From positions 52,295 through 116,294 of the forward strand of contig JBAXRK010000006.1 of NCBI GenBank assembly GCA_037131245.1: 64,000 bases of DNA, given 5' to 3'. The position numbers and the translations under genes were made by a program. The DNA is from Candidatus Omnitrophota bacterium (lineage in GTDB: Bacteria; Omnitrophota; Gorgyraeia; Zapsychrales; Fredricksoniimonadaceae). The notes beneath the pieces were generated by a model. That model was not told where the DNA came from, made no database searches, and saw only the letters and a program-made list of their open reading frames with translations. Shown here piece by piece: positions 30,460 to 40,569 of the stretch (position 1 is its first letter; each line of letters starts with the position of its first letter).

Positions 30460-33400
30460 TTATAAAAGCGGCGCCAGCCATTTTATTGCCTGTTCGGCTG
30501 TCCAGCCTTTGCGCAAAGCGTAGTCGTTCAACTGGTCCTGTCCTATCATCCCGATATTAAAATATTGCGCGTCAGGGTGGGCGAAATAGTGCCCGCAGAC
30601 CGCGGCCGTCGGCATCATCATGAAACTGTCCGTGAGCTCAATACCGGCGCCGGCGGTTGCGTCGAGCAGTCGAAAGAGTTCTGATTTTTCCGTATGGTCA
30701 GGCGCGGAGGGGTAGCCCTGGGCGGGGCGGATGCCCTGGTATTTCTCCGCGATCATGTCTTCGGGGGTCATTTTTTCGTTGGGTGCGTAGCCCCAGTGTA
30801 CTGTTCGAACCTGCTCATGAAGGTATTCGGCAAAAGCTTCGGCCAGGCGGTCGGCCAGGACTTTGACCATCAGGATCTTGTAATCATCTCCTTTGAAATG
30901 CGCCTCGGCTTTTTCGATGCCGGCACCTCCCGTGGCCGCGAATGCACCGATATGATCAATGAGACCGCTGGATTTCGGGGCGATAAAATCGGCCAGGCAG
31001 AAATAAGGCTGGCCGGCGGCATTCTTCATGATCTGCTGGCGCAGGAAGGGGAAGCGGGCGGCAAGGGTTTTCCTTGTAGCGTCCGTGTAGACCTCAATAT
31101 CGTCTCCGACGCTATTTGCCGGGAAAAGGCCGATGACACCGTGGCATTGGAGCAGTTTTTGGGCCTGCATCTCGTCAAGCATCGCTTGGCCGTCGTTAAA
31201 AAGCTTGCGGGCTTCCTGGCCGTTTTCCGGGTTTTGGAATATCTGGGGATACCGGCCTTTTAAACCCCAGGCCAGGAAGAAGAAGGACCAGTCGATATAG
31301 GGCCGTAAAAGGCGTATGTCCACATCACGGAAGGCGGTGATGCCCGGGCGCGATGGCGGGGCCATTTTGGCTTGTGTCCAATCCGGCCGGAAACCTTCCC
31401 GGCGAGCCTGCTCGAGGCTGACCAGCTGGCGCCGGTTTTTGTCATTGGCAAAATCGGCGCGGCGTTTTTCCTGTTTGGCCGTGTTTTCCGCGATGTAGGC
31501 TTCTTTAAGTTTGGGGTCCAGAAGACTCCGGCAGACGCCGACCGCGCGTGAAGCGTCTTTGACGTAGATGACCGGCCCGCTGTAGGCGGGGGCGATCTTG
31601 ACCGCGGTATGGTTTTCTGAAGTCGTGGCGCCGCCGATCAAAAGAGGGATCGTAAAGCCCCGTTTCTGCATTTGGTCGGCCACCTGGACCATTTCATCGA
31701 GTGAGGGCGTGATGAGGCCGGAAAGGCCGATGATGTCCGCTTTATGTTCGATCGCGGCCGCGAGGATCTTGTCGCAGGGGGTCATAACGCCGGTGTCGAT
31801 GATCTCGAAATTGTTGCACGCCAGGACCACGCCCACGATATTTTTGCCGATATCATGCACGTCGCCTTTGACGGTTGCCATGATGATTCGGCCGGCGCTT
31901 TGGGAACTGCCGGCTTTGTCTTTCTCGATCATGGGCTGCAGGAAAGCGACGGCTTTCTTCATAACGCGCGCGCTTTTGACCACTTGGGGCAGGAACATTT
32001 TCCCTTCGCCGAACAGGTCGCCCACGTGGTTCATGCCGTCCATGAGCGGGCCTTCGATGATCGACAGGGGCCGGGGGTATTGGCTGAGCGCTTCCGTCAG
32101 ATCGGCATCGATAAAGTCGGTAACGCCTTTCACCAGCGCATGCGCCAGCCGTTCTGCCAGCGGTGCGGCGCGCCATTGCTGATCCTCAACGGCCTTTTTA
32201 TCTTTCGATTTGTAGTTCTCGGCGAATGCCACCAATCGTTCGGTGGCGTCCAGGCGGCGGTTTGAAATAACGTCTTCGACTCTTTCCAACAAGTCTTTGG
32301 GGATCTCATCGTAAACACCGACCATACCCGCATTGACGATGCCCATGTCCATGCCGGCCTTAATAGCGTGGTAGAGAAAGACCGTGTGCATCGCTTCCCG
32401 GATGGGGTCATTGCCGCGGAAGGAGAACGAGACATTGCTGACCCCGCCCGATATTCGGCAGTGGGGGAGGGTTCTTTTGATCTCCCTGACGGCATTGATG
32501 AAATCCAGGGCGTAATTGTTATGGGTTTCGATGCCGGTGGCTACCGCAAAGATATTCGGGTCGAAAATAATGTCTTCAGGCGGGAAGCCGGCTTTTTCGG
32601 TCAGAAGCTGATAGGCCCGTTGGCAGATCGCGATCTTGCGTTCTTTGGTGTCAGCCTGGCCGTCTTCATCGAAGGCCATGACCACGGCCGCTGCGCCGTA
32701 TTTTTTTATCAGTAGGGCCCGGGTGATAAAAGCCTCTTCGCCTTCTTTAAGAGAGATCGAGTTGACGATGGCTTTTCCCTGAACACATTTCAATCCGGCT
32801 TCAATGACGTCCCATTTGGAGGAATCGATCATCACCGGTACACGGGAGATATCGGGTTCGGAAGCAATGAGGTTCAGGAACTTGACCATCGCCGCTTTAG
32901 AGTCGAGCATGGCTTCGTCCATGTTGATATCAATGGCCTGGGCGCCGCTTTCTACCTGCTGGCGGGCGACCGCCAGGGCTTCTTCGTAATTCTTTTCGAT
33001 AATGAGGCGGGCGAATTTCTTGGATCCGGTGACATTGGTACGTTCGCCGATATTCAGGAAAACGGAGCCGGTCTTTAAGGTCAACGGTTCAAGCCCGCTG
33101 TACGATGAGCAGGGTTGTTGGGTCGGGATTTGACGGGGCGGCAGGTTTTTTACGACTTCACTGATCGCCTTGATATGGTCTGGCGTTGATCCACAGCAAC
33201 CGCCGACAATGTTTACCAGCCCGCTTTGGGCGAATTCTCCTACCAGGGCGGCCATTTGCTCCGGTGTTTGATCGTACTGGCCGAACTGGTTGGGCAGCCC
33301 CGCGTTCGGGTAAGCGCTGATGTAGCAATCCGCCAGGCGGGAAAGTTCGGCGATATGCGGGCGCATGTCCTTGGCGCCCAGGGCGCAGTTAAAGCCGAAG

Positions 33401-34140
33401 GCCAGGGGCCGGGCGTGTTTTAGTGATATCCAGAAGGCTTCGGCCGTTTGGCCCGACAGGGTGCGTCCTGAGGCGTCCGTGATGGTCCCTGAAATGACCA
33501 GGGGAAGAGGCTTGGTCGAGGTTTCGTTATGCGTGAGCGCGGCAAAGACCGCGGCCTTGGCGTTAAGGGTGTCGAAAATGGTCTCGATCAAGAGCAGGTC
33601 CGCGCCGCCCTCGGCCAGCGCCTTGATCTGCTCGCTGTAAGCGGCAACCAGTTGGTCGAAACTGATCGCGCGGAAAGAAGGGTCGTTGACATCCGGCGAA
33701 ATGGAGGCTGTGCGGTTCGTCGGGCCGATAGCACCGGCGACGAAGCGGGGCTTGTCCGGGTTCATCCGGGTATATTTATCGGTTGCGGCGCGTGCCAGGC
33801 GTACGGAGCAGAGGTTAAGCTCGTGCACCAGGCTTTCCATATGGTAGTCCGCCATGCTGATGGCGTTCGCGTTAAAGGTGTTAGTTTCGATAATGTCCGC
33901 GCCGGCAGCGAGGTATTGTTCGTGGATGCCCAAGATGACATCAGGCCGGGAGATCGACAGCAGGTCGTTGTTGCCCTTGAGGTCAGAGGCCCAGTCTTTA
34001 AGGCGGCCTTCTGCGCCGCCGCGGTAATCGGCTTCGGTCAAATGATGGCGCTGGACCATAGTGCCCATGGCACCGTCGAGGATCAGGATCCTTCTGGCTA
34101 GCGCCGCGGCGATAAGGGAAGTGTTTGTCATTTTATTCAT
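30460..34140 (-). CDS. metH: Cobalamin-dependent methionine synthase
   Basis: The full five-module architecture is present: Hcy-binding ([10 protein letters not shown]...[11 protein letters not shown]), pterin-binding, B12-binding ([10 protein letters not shown] with the His-on DxHxxG motif, SGLITPSL) and the AdoMet reactivation domain ([12 protein letters not shown]). Confidence 0.97.
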   Translation of the reverse strand: MNKMTNTSLIAAALARRILILDGAMGTMVQRHHLTEADYRGGAEGRLKDWASDLKGNNDLLSISRPDVILGIHEQYLAAGADIIETNTFNANAISMADYHMESLVHELNLCSVRLARAATDKYTRMNPDKPRFVAGAIGPTNRTASISPDVNDPSFRAISFDQLVAAYSEQIKALAEGGADLLLIETIFDTLNAKAAVFAALTHNETSTKPLPLVISGTITDASGRTLSGQTAEAFWISLKHARPLAFGFNCALGAKDMRPHIAELSRLADCYISAYPNAGLPNQFGQYDQTPEQMAALVGEFAQSGLVNIVGGCCGSTPDHIKAISEVVKNLPPRQIPTQQPCSSYSGLEPLTLKTGSVFLNIGERTNVTGSKKFARLIIEKNYEEALAVARQQVESGAQAIDINMDEAMLDSKAAMVKFLNLIASEPDISRVPVMIDSSKWDVIEAGLKCVQGKAIVNSISLKEGEEAFITRALLIKKYGAAAVVMAFDEDGQADTKERKIAICQRAYQLLTEKAGFPPEDIIFDPNIFAVATGIETHNNYALDFINAVREIKRTLPHCRISGGVSNVSFSFRGNDPIREAMHTVFLYHAIKAGMDMGIVNAGMVGVYDEIPKDLLERVEDVISNRRLDATERLVAFAENYKSKDKKAVEDQQWRAAPLAERLAHALVKGVTDFIDADLTEALSQYPRPLSIIEGPLMDGMNHVGDLFGEGKMFLPQVVKSARVMKKAVAFLQPMIEKDKAGSSQSAGRIIMATVKGDVHDIGKNIVGVVLACNNFEIIDTGVMTPCDKILAAAIEHKADIIGLSGLITPSLDEMVQVADQMQKRGFTIPLLIGGATTSENHTAVKIAPAYSGPVIYVKDASRAVGVCRSLLDPKLKEAYIAENTAKQEKRRADFANDKNRRQLVSLEQARREGFRPDWTQAKMAPPSRPGITAFRDVDIRLLRPYIDWSFFFLAWGLKGRYPQIFQNPENGQEARKLFNDGQAMLDEMQAQKLLQCHGVIGLFPANSVGDDIEVYTDATRKTLAARFPFLRQQIMKNAAGQPYFCLADFIAPKSSGLIDHIGAFAATGGAGIEKAEAHFKGDDYKILMVKVLADRLAEAFAEYLHEQVRTVHWGYAPNEKMTPEDMIAEKYQGIRPAQGYPSAPDHTEKSELFRLLDATAGAGIELTDSFMMMPTAAVCGHYFAHPDAQYFNIGMIGQDQLNDYALRKGWTAEQAIKWLAPLL

Positions 34141-34287
34141 AGCCTAAACAATAAAGTAAAGTTCCGGCAAAGTCAATAGTAGTGGCGGCGGATATTACCA
34201 GTTGTTGCCTTGACAAGGGGGAGTATCAGAAGGTATCTTGATAGGGTCGGTATCACGTTCAGGGGCCTTTTTTGAGGGAAAAATCTT

Positions 34288-34635
34288 ATGTCCTATCCAG
34301 CCGATTTTAATAATCTACGCCGTGATTCACGCGTCAATACCGAGCTTCCTGCCCGCATCAGTATCGGGTCGCAGTTGACGCTTAACGGGCACCTGAAGGA
34401 CCTTTCTTTAAAAAGCGCGTTCATCCGGATCAAGAACAGTGTTTATATGCAGCTTAATGACGAGGTCGGTTTCGCGATCCAGATAGCTCCGGGTAAGACC
34501 GAAGAGGTTATTGAGGGCGCGGCCCGCATTTCCCGTATTGCCGTCGGGGAAGGTTTGGCGATCTATTTCACCAAAATGGAAGAGACTTCGTTAAAACGCC
34601 TGAAGGATCTTCTTAAAGAGACCGGGATCTATTAA
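34288..34635 (+). CDS. PilZ-domain protein (single domain)
   Basis: RRDSR is the RxxxR motif and DLSLKSAF is D-x-S-x-x-G-like, with the Gly replaced by Ser. The protein has a beta-barrel-like length of 115 aa. Confidence 0.55.
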   Translation: MSYPADFNNLRRDSRVNTELPARISIGSQLTLNGHLKDLSLKSAFIRIKNSVYMQLNDEVGFAIQIAPGKTEEVIEGAARISRIAVGEGLAIYFTKMEETSLKRLKDLLKETGIY

Positions 34636-34655
34636 CTATTGCCAAGGGGTTGACC

Positions 34656-36050
34656 ATGGATCAGGTGAAATTCTTTCTTGATGAAAAAGACATGCCCAAG
34701 CAGTGGTATAACATCGCGGCCGACCTGCCGACGCCGATGCTGCCGCCGCTGACGCCCGACGGCCAGGTGGTCAGGCCGGAAATGCTCGAGGCGGTCTTTC
34801 CCAAGAATTTGATCGAGCAGGAAATGTCCAGCAAACGCTGGATCGATATACCTGAAGAAGTCCGGCAAATATTTTTCCGTTGGCGTCCCTCGCCGTTGCG
34901 CCGCGCGGTCTATCTTGAAAAATTCCTAAAGACACCCGCCCGGATCTACTACAAAGACGAAAGCGTTTCGCCGGCTGGAAGCCACAAGACCAATAGCTCG
35001 ATCCCGCAAGCCTGGTATAACAAGCAGTTCGGTATTAAGCGTTTAACGACGGAAACGGGCGCCGGCCAGTGGGGTACGGCGTTATCGTTTGCCTGTCATA
35101 TCATCGGGCTTGAATGTAAAGTTTTCATGGTGCGGGTTAGTTTCGACCAGAAGCCGATGCGCAAGACCATGATGGGGCTTTGGGGGGCGCAATGTGTTGC
35201 CAGCCCGTCGAACGAGACTAATGCGGGCCGGATGATCCTTTCTCAAATGCCAGAGACGCCTGGCAGCCTGGGGATCGCGATCAGTGAGGCGGTGGAAGCC
35301 GCGGTGACCGATAAGACCGGCCGTACCCGTTATGCCCTGGGGAGTGTGCTCAACCATGTCCTGCTGCATCAGACCATCATCGGCCTCGAGGCCAAGAAAC
35401 AGTTGAAGAAAGCGGGGATCAAAAAGCCGGATATCGTGATCGGTTGCGCGGGCGGCGGCAGCAATTTCGCGGGGATCGCTTTTCCGTTCACGCTCGACAA
35501 GATCAATGGGGCGAAGATCGAGATCATTCCGGTGGAATCAGCCGGTTGCCCTAAAATGACCAAAGGCAAATTCGCGTATGATCATGGTGATGTCGCGGGG
35601 ATGACGCCTCTTTTGCCGATGCATACGCTGGGCAGCCAGTTCATTCCGCCAGCGATCCATGCCGGTGGTTTGCGTTATCATGGCATGGCGCCGCTGGTGA
35701 GCCAGGCGATCGTGGAGGGGTTGATGAAGCCTCACGCGGTCGATCAACTTAGCAGTTATGAAGCGGCCATTATCTGGGCGAGAACGGAAGGGTTTGTGAT
35801 CGCGCCGGAAACGTCGAATGCCGTGGCTTGTGTTATCGAAGAAGCAAAGAAAGCCAAGCGGGAGGGGAAAGAGAAGGTCATTCTTTTCAATCTTAGCGGG
35901 CACGGGTTGCTCGACCTGGCCGGGTACGACAAGTATCTTTCAGGAAAGCTGGAGAGCTCGGCGGTCCCTCATGATGAGATCGCGGCGTCCCTGGCTAAAG
36001 TTCAGAAAACCTATGCCGCGGCGTCACGCAAGACCGGGAAGTGGGTGTAA
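34656..36050 (+). CDS. trpB2: TrpB2-type tryptophan synthase beta-like PLP enzyme (stand-alone)
   Basis: MPKQWYNI...[22 protein letters not shown] (PLP lysine), [16 protein letters not shown] and [12 protein letters not shown] are present. AAGGGG lies 6 nt upstream of ATG 34656. No trpA is adjacent. Confidence 0.88.
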   Translation: MDQVKFFLDEKDMPKQWYNIAADLPTPMLPPLTPDGQVVRPEMLEAVFPKNLIEQEMSSKRWIDIPEEVRQIFFRWRPSPLRRAVYLEKFLKTPARIYYKDESVSPAGSHKTNSSIPQAWYNKQFGIKRLTTETGAGQWGTALSFACHIIGLECKVFMVRVSFDQKPMRKTMMGLWGAQCVASPSNETNAGRMILSQMPETPGSLGIAISEAVEAAVTDKTGRTRYALGSVLNHVLLHQTIIGLEAKKQLKKAGIKKPDIVIGCAGGGSNFAGIAFPFTLDKINGAKIEIIPVESAGCPKMTKGKFAYDHGDVAGMTPLLPMHTLGSQFIPPAIHAGGLRYHGMAPLVSQAIVEGLMKPHAVDQLSSYEAAIIWARTEGFVIAPETSNAVACVIEEAKKAKREGKEKVILFNLSGHGLLDLAGYDKYLSGKLESSAVPHDEIAASLAKVQKTYAAASRKTGKWV

Positions 36051-36120
36051 GGATTTAGCTTACGCGGCGACGAATGGTATGAGAACTACAATATTGGGGA
36101 AAAATGTTAAAGGGGGATTT

Positions 36121-36747
36121 ATGAAAAAGCTATTTACGTTAATGGCCGCGGCATTGGTGTCCGCTGGTTTTGGTTTTAATGCCTGGTCGGCGGATATGCC
36201 GGCGATGGCCGCGATGGCGCCTGTGTATACGGTGGATAGCGCCCATTCTACGATCGGTTTTGCCGTCAAGCATATGATGGTGGCCAAGGTTAACGGCGTT
36301 TTTGGTGATTTTCAGGGCGATATCAAGTTTGATGCCAACGACCTTGCCGGTTCGAAGTTTGATTTCGTCATCAAGGCGGCTAGCATCAATACCCGCAATG
36401 ACGCGCGCGATACACATTTGAAGAGCGCGGATTTCTTTGATGCCGAGAAATATCCGACGATTTCGTTTAAGACCAAGAAAATTCAGCAATCGGTAGCCGG
36501 TTCCTATGATGTAACGGGAGACCTTACCATTAAAGCCGTAACTAAAGAGATCGTCATTCCAGTGACAGTGGAAGGGCCTGTTTTCAATCCGATGGCCAAA
36601 GTTGACGGTATCGGTATTGATGCTAATTTTAAGGTTAATCGTCAGGATTACGGGGTCAGCTGGAATAAGGCCCTTGATAACGGTGGCGTAGTTGTGGCTG
36701 ATGATGTTGCGGTCAGTGTTAATATTGAAGCGCATCAGGCTAAATAG
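36121..36747 (+). CDS. yceI: YceI-family periplasmic polyisoprenoid-binding protein
   Basis: It has a signal peptide (MKKLFTLMAAALVSAGFGFNAWSA). YTVDSAHSTIGFAVKHMMVAKVNGVFGDFQG and DARDTHLKSADFFDAEKYPTISF are YceI hallmarks. An AAAGGGGG RBS is present. Confidence 0.9.
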   Translation: MKKLFTLMAAALVSAGFGFNAWSADMPAMAAMAPVYTVDSAHSTIGFAVKHMMVAKVNGVFGDFQGDIKFDANDLAGSKFDFVIKAASINTRNDARDTHLKSADFFDAEKYPTISFKTKKIQQSVAGSYDVTGDLTIKAVTKEIVIPVTVEGPVFNPMAKVDGIGIDANFKVNRQDYGVSWNKALDNGGVVVADDVAVSVNIEAHQAK

Positions 36748-36765
36748 AATTTCCATTTATAAATC

Positions 36766-36816
36766 AATCCCCTGAGCTGTCAGTTGTATCCGATGGCTCA
36801 GGGGATTTTGTTTTTC
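36766..36816 (+). terminator. Rho-independent terminator after yceI (followed by a second small hairpin at 36823-36839)
   Basis: A 12-bp stem (AATCCCCTGAGC at 36766-36777 / GCTCAGGGGATT at 36796-36807) is followed by TTGTTTTTC. A second hairpin, CGGGAAA-GCG-TTTCCCG, is followed by CATTTTCC. Confidence 0.7.
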
Positions 36817-36927
36817 ACCATCCGGGAAAGCGTTTCCCGCATTTTCCAGTATGGGCATAGTCTCCATCTTGTTTCTATAGTATACTTAAGGCGGACTTCA
36901 GATGAGGCCCCTTCAGGAGGGGGATAT

Positions 36928-39900
36928 ATGTTGCGAGTAATGATGGCCTCCAGGTTTTTATTCATTTTAGCCGCATTTCTGGCCGGTCCTTTGCCGGCGA
37001 TGGCGGGCACGACAGTAAATGTACAGCCTTATTGCCAGACAACGGCGGGAACACTGACCCGAGATTGTACCAGCACCCCCGTTACAGCGGACACGGGCAT
37101 AACCTCTCTGGAGAATGCCCAGTACAGCCTCGCTACCCGGAATATTTACTTGGACCCCTCGACTACGTATCGGAGGATCTCGATCATTTCTTTCGACAAG
37201 ACGGTGACTGGCGGTAAACCAGCGATCAATGGCATCTTGGTACCTGGGTCAATATCAAGCGATACAACCCTGGAATTAACCTTGCCAAGCGGGGCCTGTA
37301 CAGCATTGACCAAAACGATCACGACGGGTTTTCTGGATCGTTATATTCCGATGCGTACCCTGGCGGAATGGAATTCTTTTGTCAGCAGCGGAAATGTTCA
37401 AGACTTTAGAGTAGGCCCTTGCGGCTCGGTGGCTTCATCTTGCCTGGGTTCTGTTCCGGCTAATGCGGCTGCCTGTTCAGGGAATCCGGCGCCGCTTAAT
37501 AGCACGACCAGTTATACCGCAGCCGATACGTGTGACGGGACAACGGCTTGCCAGGCGAAGTGTAATGCCGGCTATCATGTGAGCGGGGGCGTTTGCGTGG
37601 TTACGCCGCCGGCTTCCTGTAATCCTTTGAGCGCGACGATCACCGTCGGCGATGGCGGGGCTAATCCGTACCAGATCTGTAATTGTCAGCAACTGCAGTC
37701 CATTCCCGCAAATTCTACGGCCAATTATCAACTGGCGTCGAATGTTGTTTCAAGTATTGATTGCTCCATTTACGGTACCGGGGCCGGCTTTACGCCCCTT
37801 TCGAATTTTGGCGGTATCTTTGACGGCAATGGTAAAGCAATAAATAACGTTTATATTTATACTCCGGGCAAAAGTGATGTTGGTTTGTTCAGTATCCTGT
37901 TGGGGCAGATCAAGGATCTTGGCCTCGAGAGTATCAATGTTACCGGTTCAGACTCGGTTGGTGGCTTGGTGGGGTTGGTGAGCGGCGGGAGCGTGACGCG
38001 TTCCTATGTGACAGGTCAGGTTAGTGGCCATTACGATGTCGGCGGATTGGTTGGAGGAATTACGGGTAATATAACAAATTCATACGCAACAGCCAAGGTT
38101 TCGGGAGCTAAAAATATCGGCGGTTTGGTGGGAACGATGCAGAATTCTAGGGTGACGAATTCATATGCTACAGGGAAAGTGAGTTGCAGTAACAACATAG
38201 CGGGCGGTTTGGTGGGCTTGATGAACGGCACCTTGGCTGTCGTGTCGAAGTGTTACGCGACCGGGCAAGTGACCGGTAGTGCGTCGGTGAGCGGCGGCCT
38301 GGTCGGTGAACTTAACGGTGACAGTAGGGTGTCGGTGACGGATTCTTTTGCCACCGGCCAGGCGTTCAGCGCGGGGCTGGTGGGGGCACTGTACGGGACT
38401 AGTTCCGTCACTAATTCATATTGGGATGTGACGAAAAGCGGACAGGCCGCTGCCGGGTGCAGCGCGACGGCTTTTAGCGATAGCAATGACGCCTTCAATG
38501 CGACGAAAGCCCCGTTATCTTCCTGGGACTTTACGTCTTCCGGCGACTGGCAGGCGGTCAGTTGTAATTATCCTAACTTGCGCAATGTCAATGTTAGCGG
38601 CACCCAGAACGCGGATAATGGGGTCACGTGTATCGTGCCGAAGGTCTGTTCCAATTTACCAGCTAATGCCACCGCTTGCGGCAATAACCCGACACCGCCA
38701 AGCACCTCAAAGAATTATACCCTGGTCAGCAATTGTTCCGTAGCGGCCGATTGCCAGGCGACATGCAGTTCCGGCTCTCTGAGCGGCGGCGTGTGCGTGG
38801 CAGCCTGCCCGGCTATTCCTGGCAGCGGCACCAGTATTGCTCCGTATACGATAACGACTTGCGCTCAATTACAGTGCATTCCGGCGAATGTGGCGTCCAC
38901 TGTTTATTACCAATTGGGCGCTAATGTCGATTGTTCCGCGACAAGTTCGTGGAACAGCGGGCAGGGGTTTGCGCCGATCGTTAATTTTGGTGGTAAGTTT
39001 GATGGCAAAAATTATGCGATCGATAAACTGTATATCAATCGATCATCAGCAGGCGCCACAACTCTTTCCGTTGGTCTTTTTGGTACGATGGCGGCAGCAT
39101 CCAAAGTTTCTAATCTTGGTCTGACGAATGTTAATATCAGCGCTTCCCACAACACCGGCAATGTTTTTGTTGGCGCTTTAGCTGCCAGCTCCGGATCGGT
39201 GACCAACAGTTATGTGACCGGAACAGTGACTAGTAACGGAGGAACTGGCGGCTTGGTCGGCGTTCAGGGTGGGCCCATAACATCTTCTTATTCGAGCGCT
39301 ATTGTAACGGCAACAACCGGAGCGACAAACAGCACTTTAGCCGGAGGCCTGGTCGCGGTGGCAAGTCCGGCTTTAATATCAAAATCGTATGCTACGGGTA
39401 AAGTGACCGGAGGATACTATGTCGGTGGTCTGGCGGGAATGGCTGGAGGGGGCGGGTTAAGTATTATAGACTCCTATGCCACGGGAAAAGTAACCGCGAC
39501 GGGTGCTGCCGGAATTGCCGGTGGGCTGGTCGGAGCGCTACAAGCGGATGTAAAGAATTCTTATGCTACGGGGGCCGTTAGCGGCAGTGTACCAGGCGGG
39601 CTGATCGGAGATGTTCAGTTTGGCATGAACAGCACCATAACCAACTGTTTTGCGACGGGGTCGGTCGGTGTCAATGGCGGCGGGCTTTTTGGATCTTTCG
39701 AAATGGGCAGTAATGTGTCCAATAGTCACTGGGATAAAATAAGCACAGGAAAGATATCTGCTTGGGGAAGCCAGTCCTGTGGCGGCGGTGGGCCTAGTTG
39801 CAGCGTAGCGACCACAACAGCTTTTAGCGCCAGCGTGGACGCGTATGACAAGACCAAAGCACCGCTGTCGTCATGGAATTTTACGCCGACGACAGGCAAC

Positions 39901-40080
39901 TGGCAGTCGTTCAATTGCAATTATCCCACATTGCAGAATGTTGGCGGCGCCCAGAATTCTATTGATGGCGTTGGGCAATATGGCTGCACGTGTACCGTGG
40001 ATTCATTCTGCCCCGATTTTGGCGGCGGCGGGTGCTGCCATAACAATGTTTGTTTAATGGCTCCTGGGCCCTGTGCGTAG
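36928..40080 (+). CDS. Secreted Cys-rich GLUG-motif repeat surface protein (adhesin-like), internally duplicated
   Basis: An AGGAGGGGG RBS precedes ATG 36928. The signal peptide is MLRVMMASRFLFILAAFLAGPLPAMA|GTT. Many GGLVG...NSYATGKV.G repeats (GLUG motif) are present, and the tail is Cys-rich (CTCTVDSFCPDFGGGGCCHNNVCLMAPGPCA). Confidence 0.8.
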   Translation: MLRVMMASRFLFILAAFLAGPLPAMAGTTVNVQPYCQTTAGTLTRDCTSTPVTADTGITSLENAQYSLATRNIYLDPSTTYRRISIISFDKTVTGGKPAINGILVPGSISSDTTLELTLPSGACTALTKTITTGFLDRYIPMRTLAEWNSFVSSGNVQDFRVGPCGSVASSCLGSVPANAAACSGNPAPLNSTTSYTAADTCDGTTACQAKCNAGYHVSGGVCVVTPPASCNPLSATITVGDGGANPYQICNCQQLQSIPANSTANYQLASNVVSSIDCSIYGTGAGFTPLSNFGGIFDGNGKAINNVYIYTPGKSDVGLFSILLGQIKDLGLESINVTGSDSVGGLVGLVSGGSVTRSYVTGQVSGHYDVGGLVGGITGNITNSYATAKVSGAKNIGGLVGTMQNSRVTNSYATGKVSCSNNIAGGLVGLMNGTLAVVSKCYATGQVTGSASVSGGLVGELNGDSRVSVTDSFATGQAFSAGLVGALYGTSSVTNSYWDVTKSGQAAAGCSATAFSDSNDAFNATKAPLSSWDFTSSGDWQAVSCNYPNLRNVNVSGTQNADNGVTCIVPKVCSNLPANATACGNNPTPPSTSKNYTLVSNCSVAADCQATCSSGSLSGGVCVAACPAIPGSGTSIAPYTITTCAQLQCIPANVASTVYYQLGANVDCSATSSWNSGQGFAPIVNFGGKFDGKNYAIDKLYINRSSAGATTLSVGLFGTMAAASKVSNLGLTNVNISASHNTGNVFVGALAASSGSVTNSYVTGTVTSNGGTGGLVGVQGGPITSSYSSAIVTATTGATNSTLAGGLVAVASPALISKSYATGKVTGGYYVGGLAGMAGGGGLSIIDSYATGKVTATGAAGIAGGLVGALQADVKNSYATGAVSGSVPGGLIGDVQFGMNSTITNCFATGSVGVNGGGLFGSFEMGSNVSNSHWDKISTGKISAWGSQSCGGGGPSCSVATTTAFSASVDAYDKTKAPLSSWNFTPTTGNWQSFNCNYPTLQNVGGAQNSIDGVGQYGCTCTVDSFCPDFGGGGCCHNNVCLMAPGPCA
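37447..38640 (+). repeat. GLUG protein internal module 1 (~400 aa)
   Basis: The module reads PANAAACSGNPAP..CQAKC..GGVCV...CNCQQLQSIPAN..YQLASNV...NFGGIFDGNG...VGLF...GLUG repeats...SYWD...TKAPLSSWDFT...CNYPNLRNV. The same landmark order recurs in module 2. Confidence 0.75.
38647..39950 (+). repeat. GLUG protein internal module 2 (~430 aa)
   Basis: The module reads PANATACGNNPTP..CQATC..GGVCV...CAQLQCIPAN..YQLGANV...NFGGKFDGKN...VGLF...GLUG repeats...SHWD...TKAPLSSWNFT...CNYPTLQNV. Confidence 0.75.
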
Positions 40081-40194
40081 AAGGATCTACGCGCTATCCT
40101 GTAGTCTCCGCAATTCCCCTAGGGTATACCGGTTATTTTACTGATGCAAAATTCCGCCTTTTTTGCTAGGATATCCCCACTGGAGTATGTGCCT

Positions 40195-40569
40195 ATGTTC
40201 AGAAAGTCGGCTTTTATCTTGGCTTTTACCGCTTTTTCCTGTTTTTCCGGGTGCGCCATGCTTGAGCCGGTTGAAGAAAAAACACCGGTGTTCAAGTCGT
40301 CGACAGAGCTTTATAATAAAGCCTTGGATTATTATCAGAAGGGCCGTTACGCGCAGGCCAGGGAATTATTCGGGCAGTATGTAGCGCAGTATCCCGACAG
40401 TGAATTGTTCAAAGTAGCCCTTTATTATTCGGGGCATTGTTATCAGAAGCTTGGGGATAAGAAGGAAGCCCTTGTGATCTATAACCGGGTCGTCGCGATG
40501 TATGGTGACGAGGACTTCTGGGGTGAGCAGGCCTTTAAGCGCATCAAGCAAATTAAAGGGGAGCAATGA
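40195..40569 (+). CDS. TPR-repeat lipoprotein (YbgF/BamD-like)
   Basis: The lipobox is FSCFSG|C. The TPR helices are YNKALDYYQKGRYAQARELFGQYVAQYPDSELFKVALYYSGHCYQKLGDKKEALVIY. Confidence 0.7.
   Translation: MFRKSAFILAFTAFSCFSGCAMLEPVEEKTPVFKSSTELYNKALDYYQKGRYAQARELFGQYVAQYPDSELFKVALYYSGHCYQKLGDKKEALVIYNRVVAMYGDEDFWGEQAFKRIKQIKGEQ

Noticed and set aside
34141-34287. I looked for a riboswitch (SAM, SAH or B12) or operator in the metH / PilZ divergent intergenic region. Three GTATC repeats occur at 34223, 34233 and 34250, and a TTGACA at 34210.
   Set aside because: I recognised no conserved riboswitch core on either strand. The GTATC repeats are short with irregular spacing (10 and 17 nt), and no convincing -10 partners the TTGACA. 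The evidence is insufficient.
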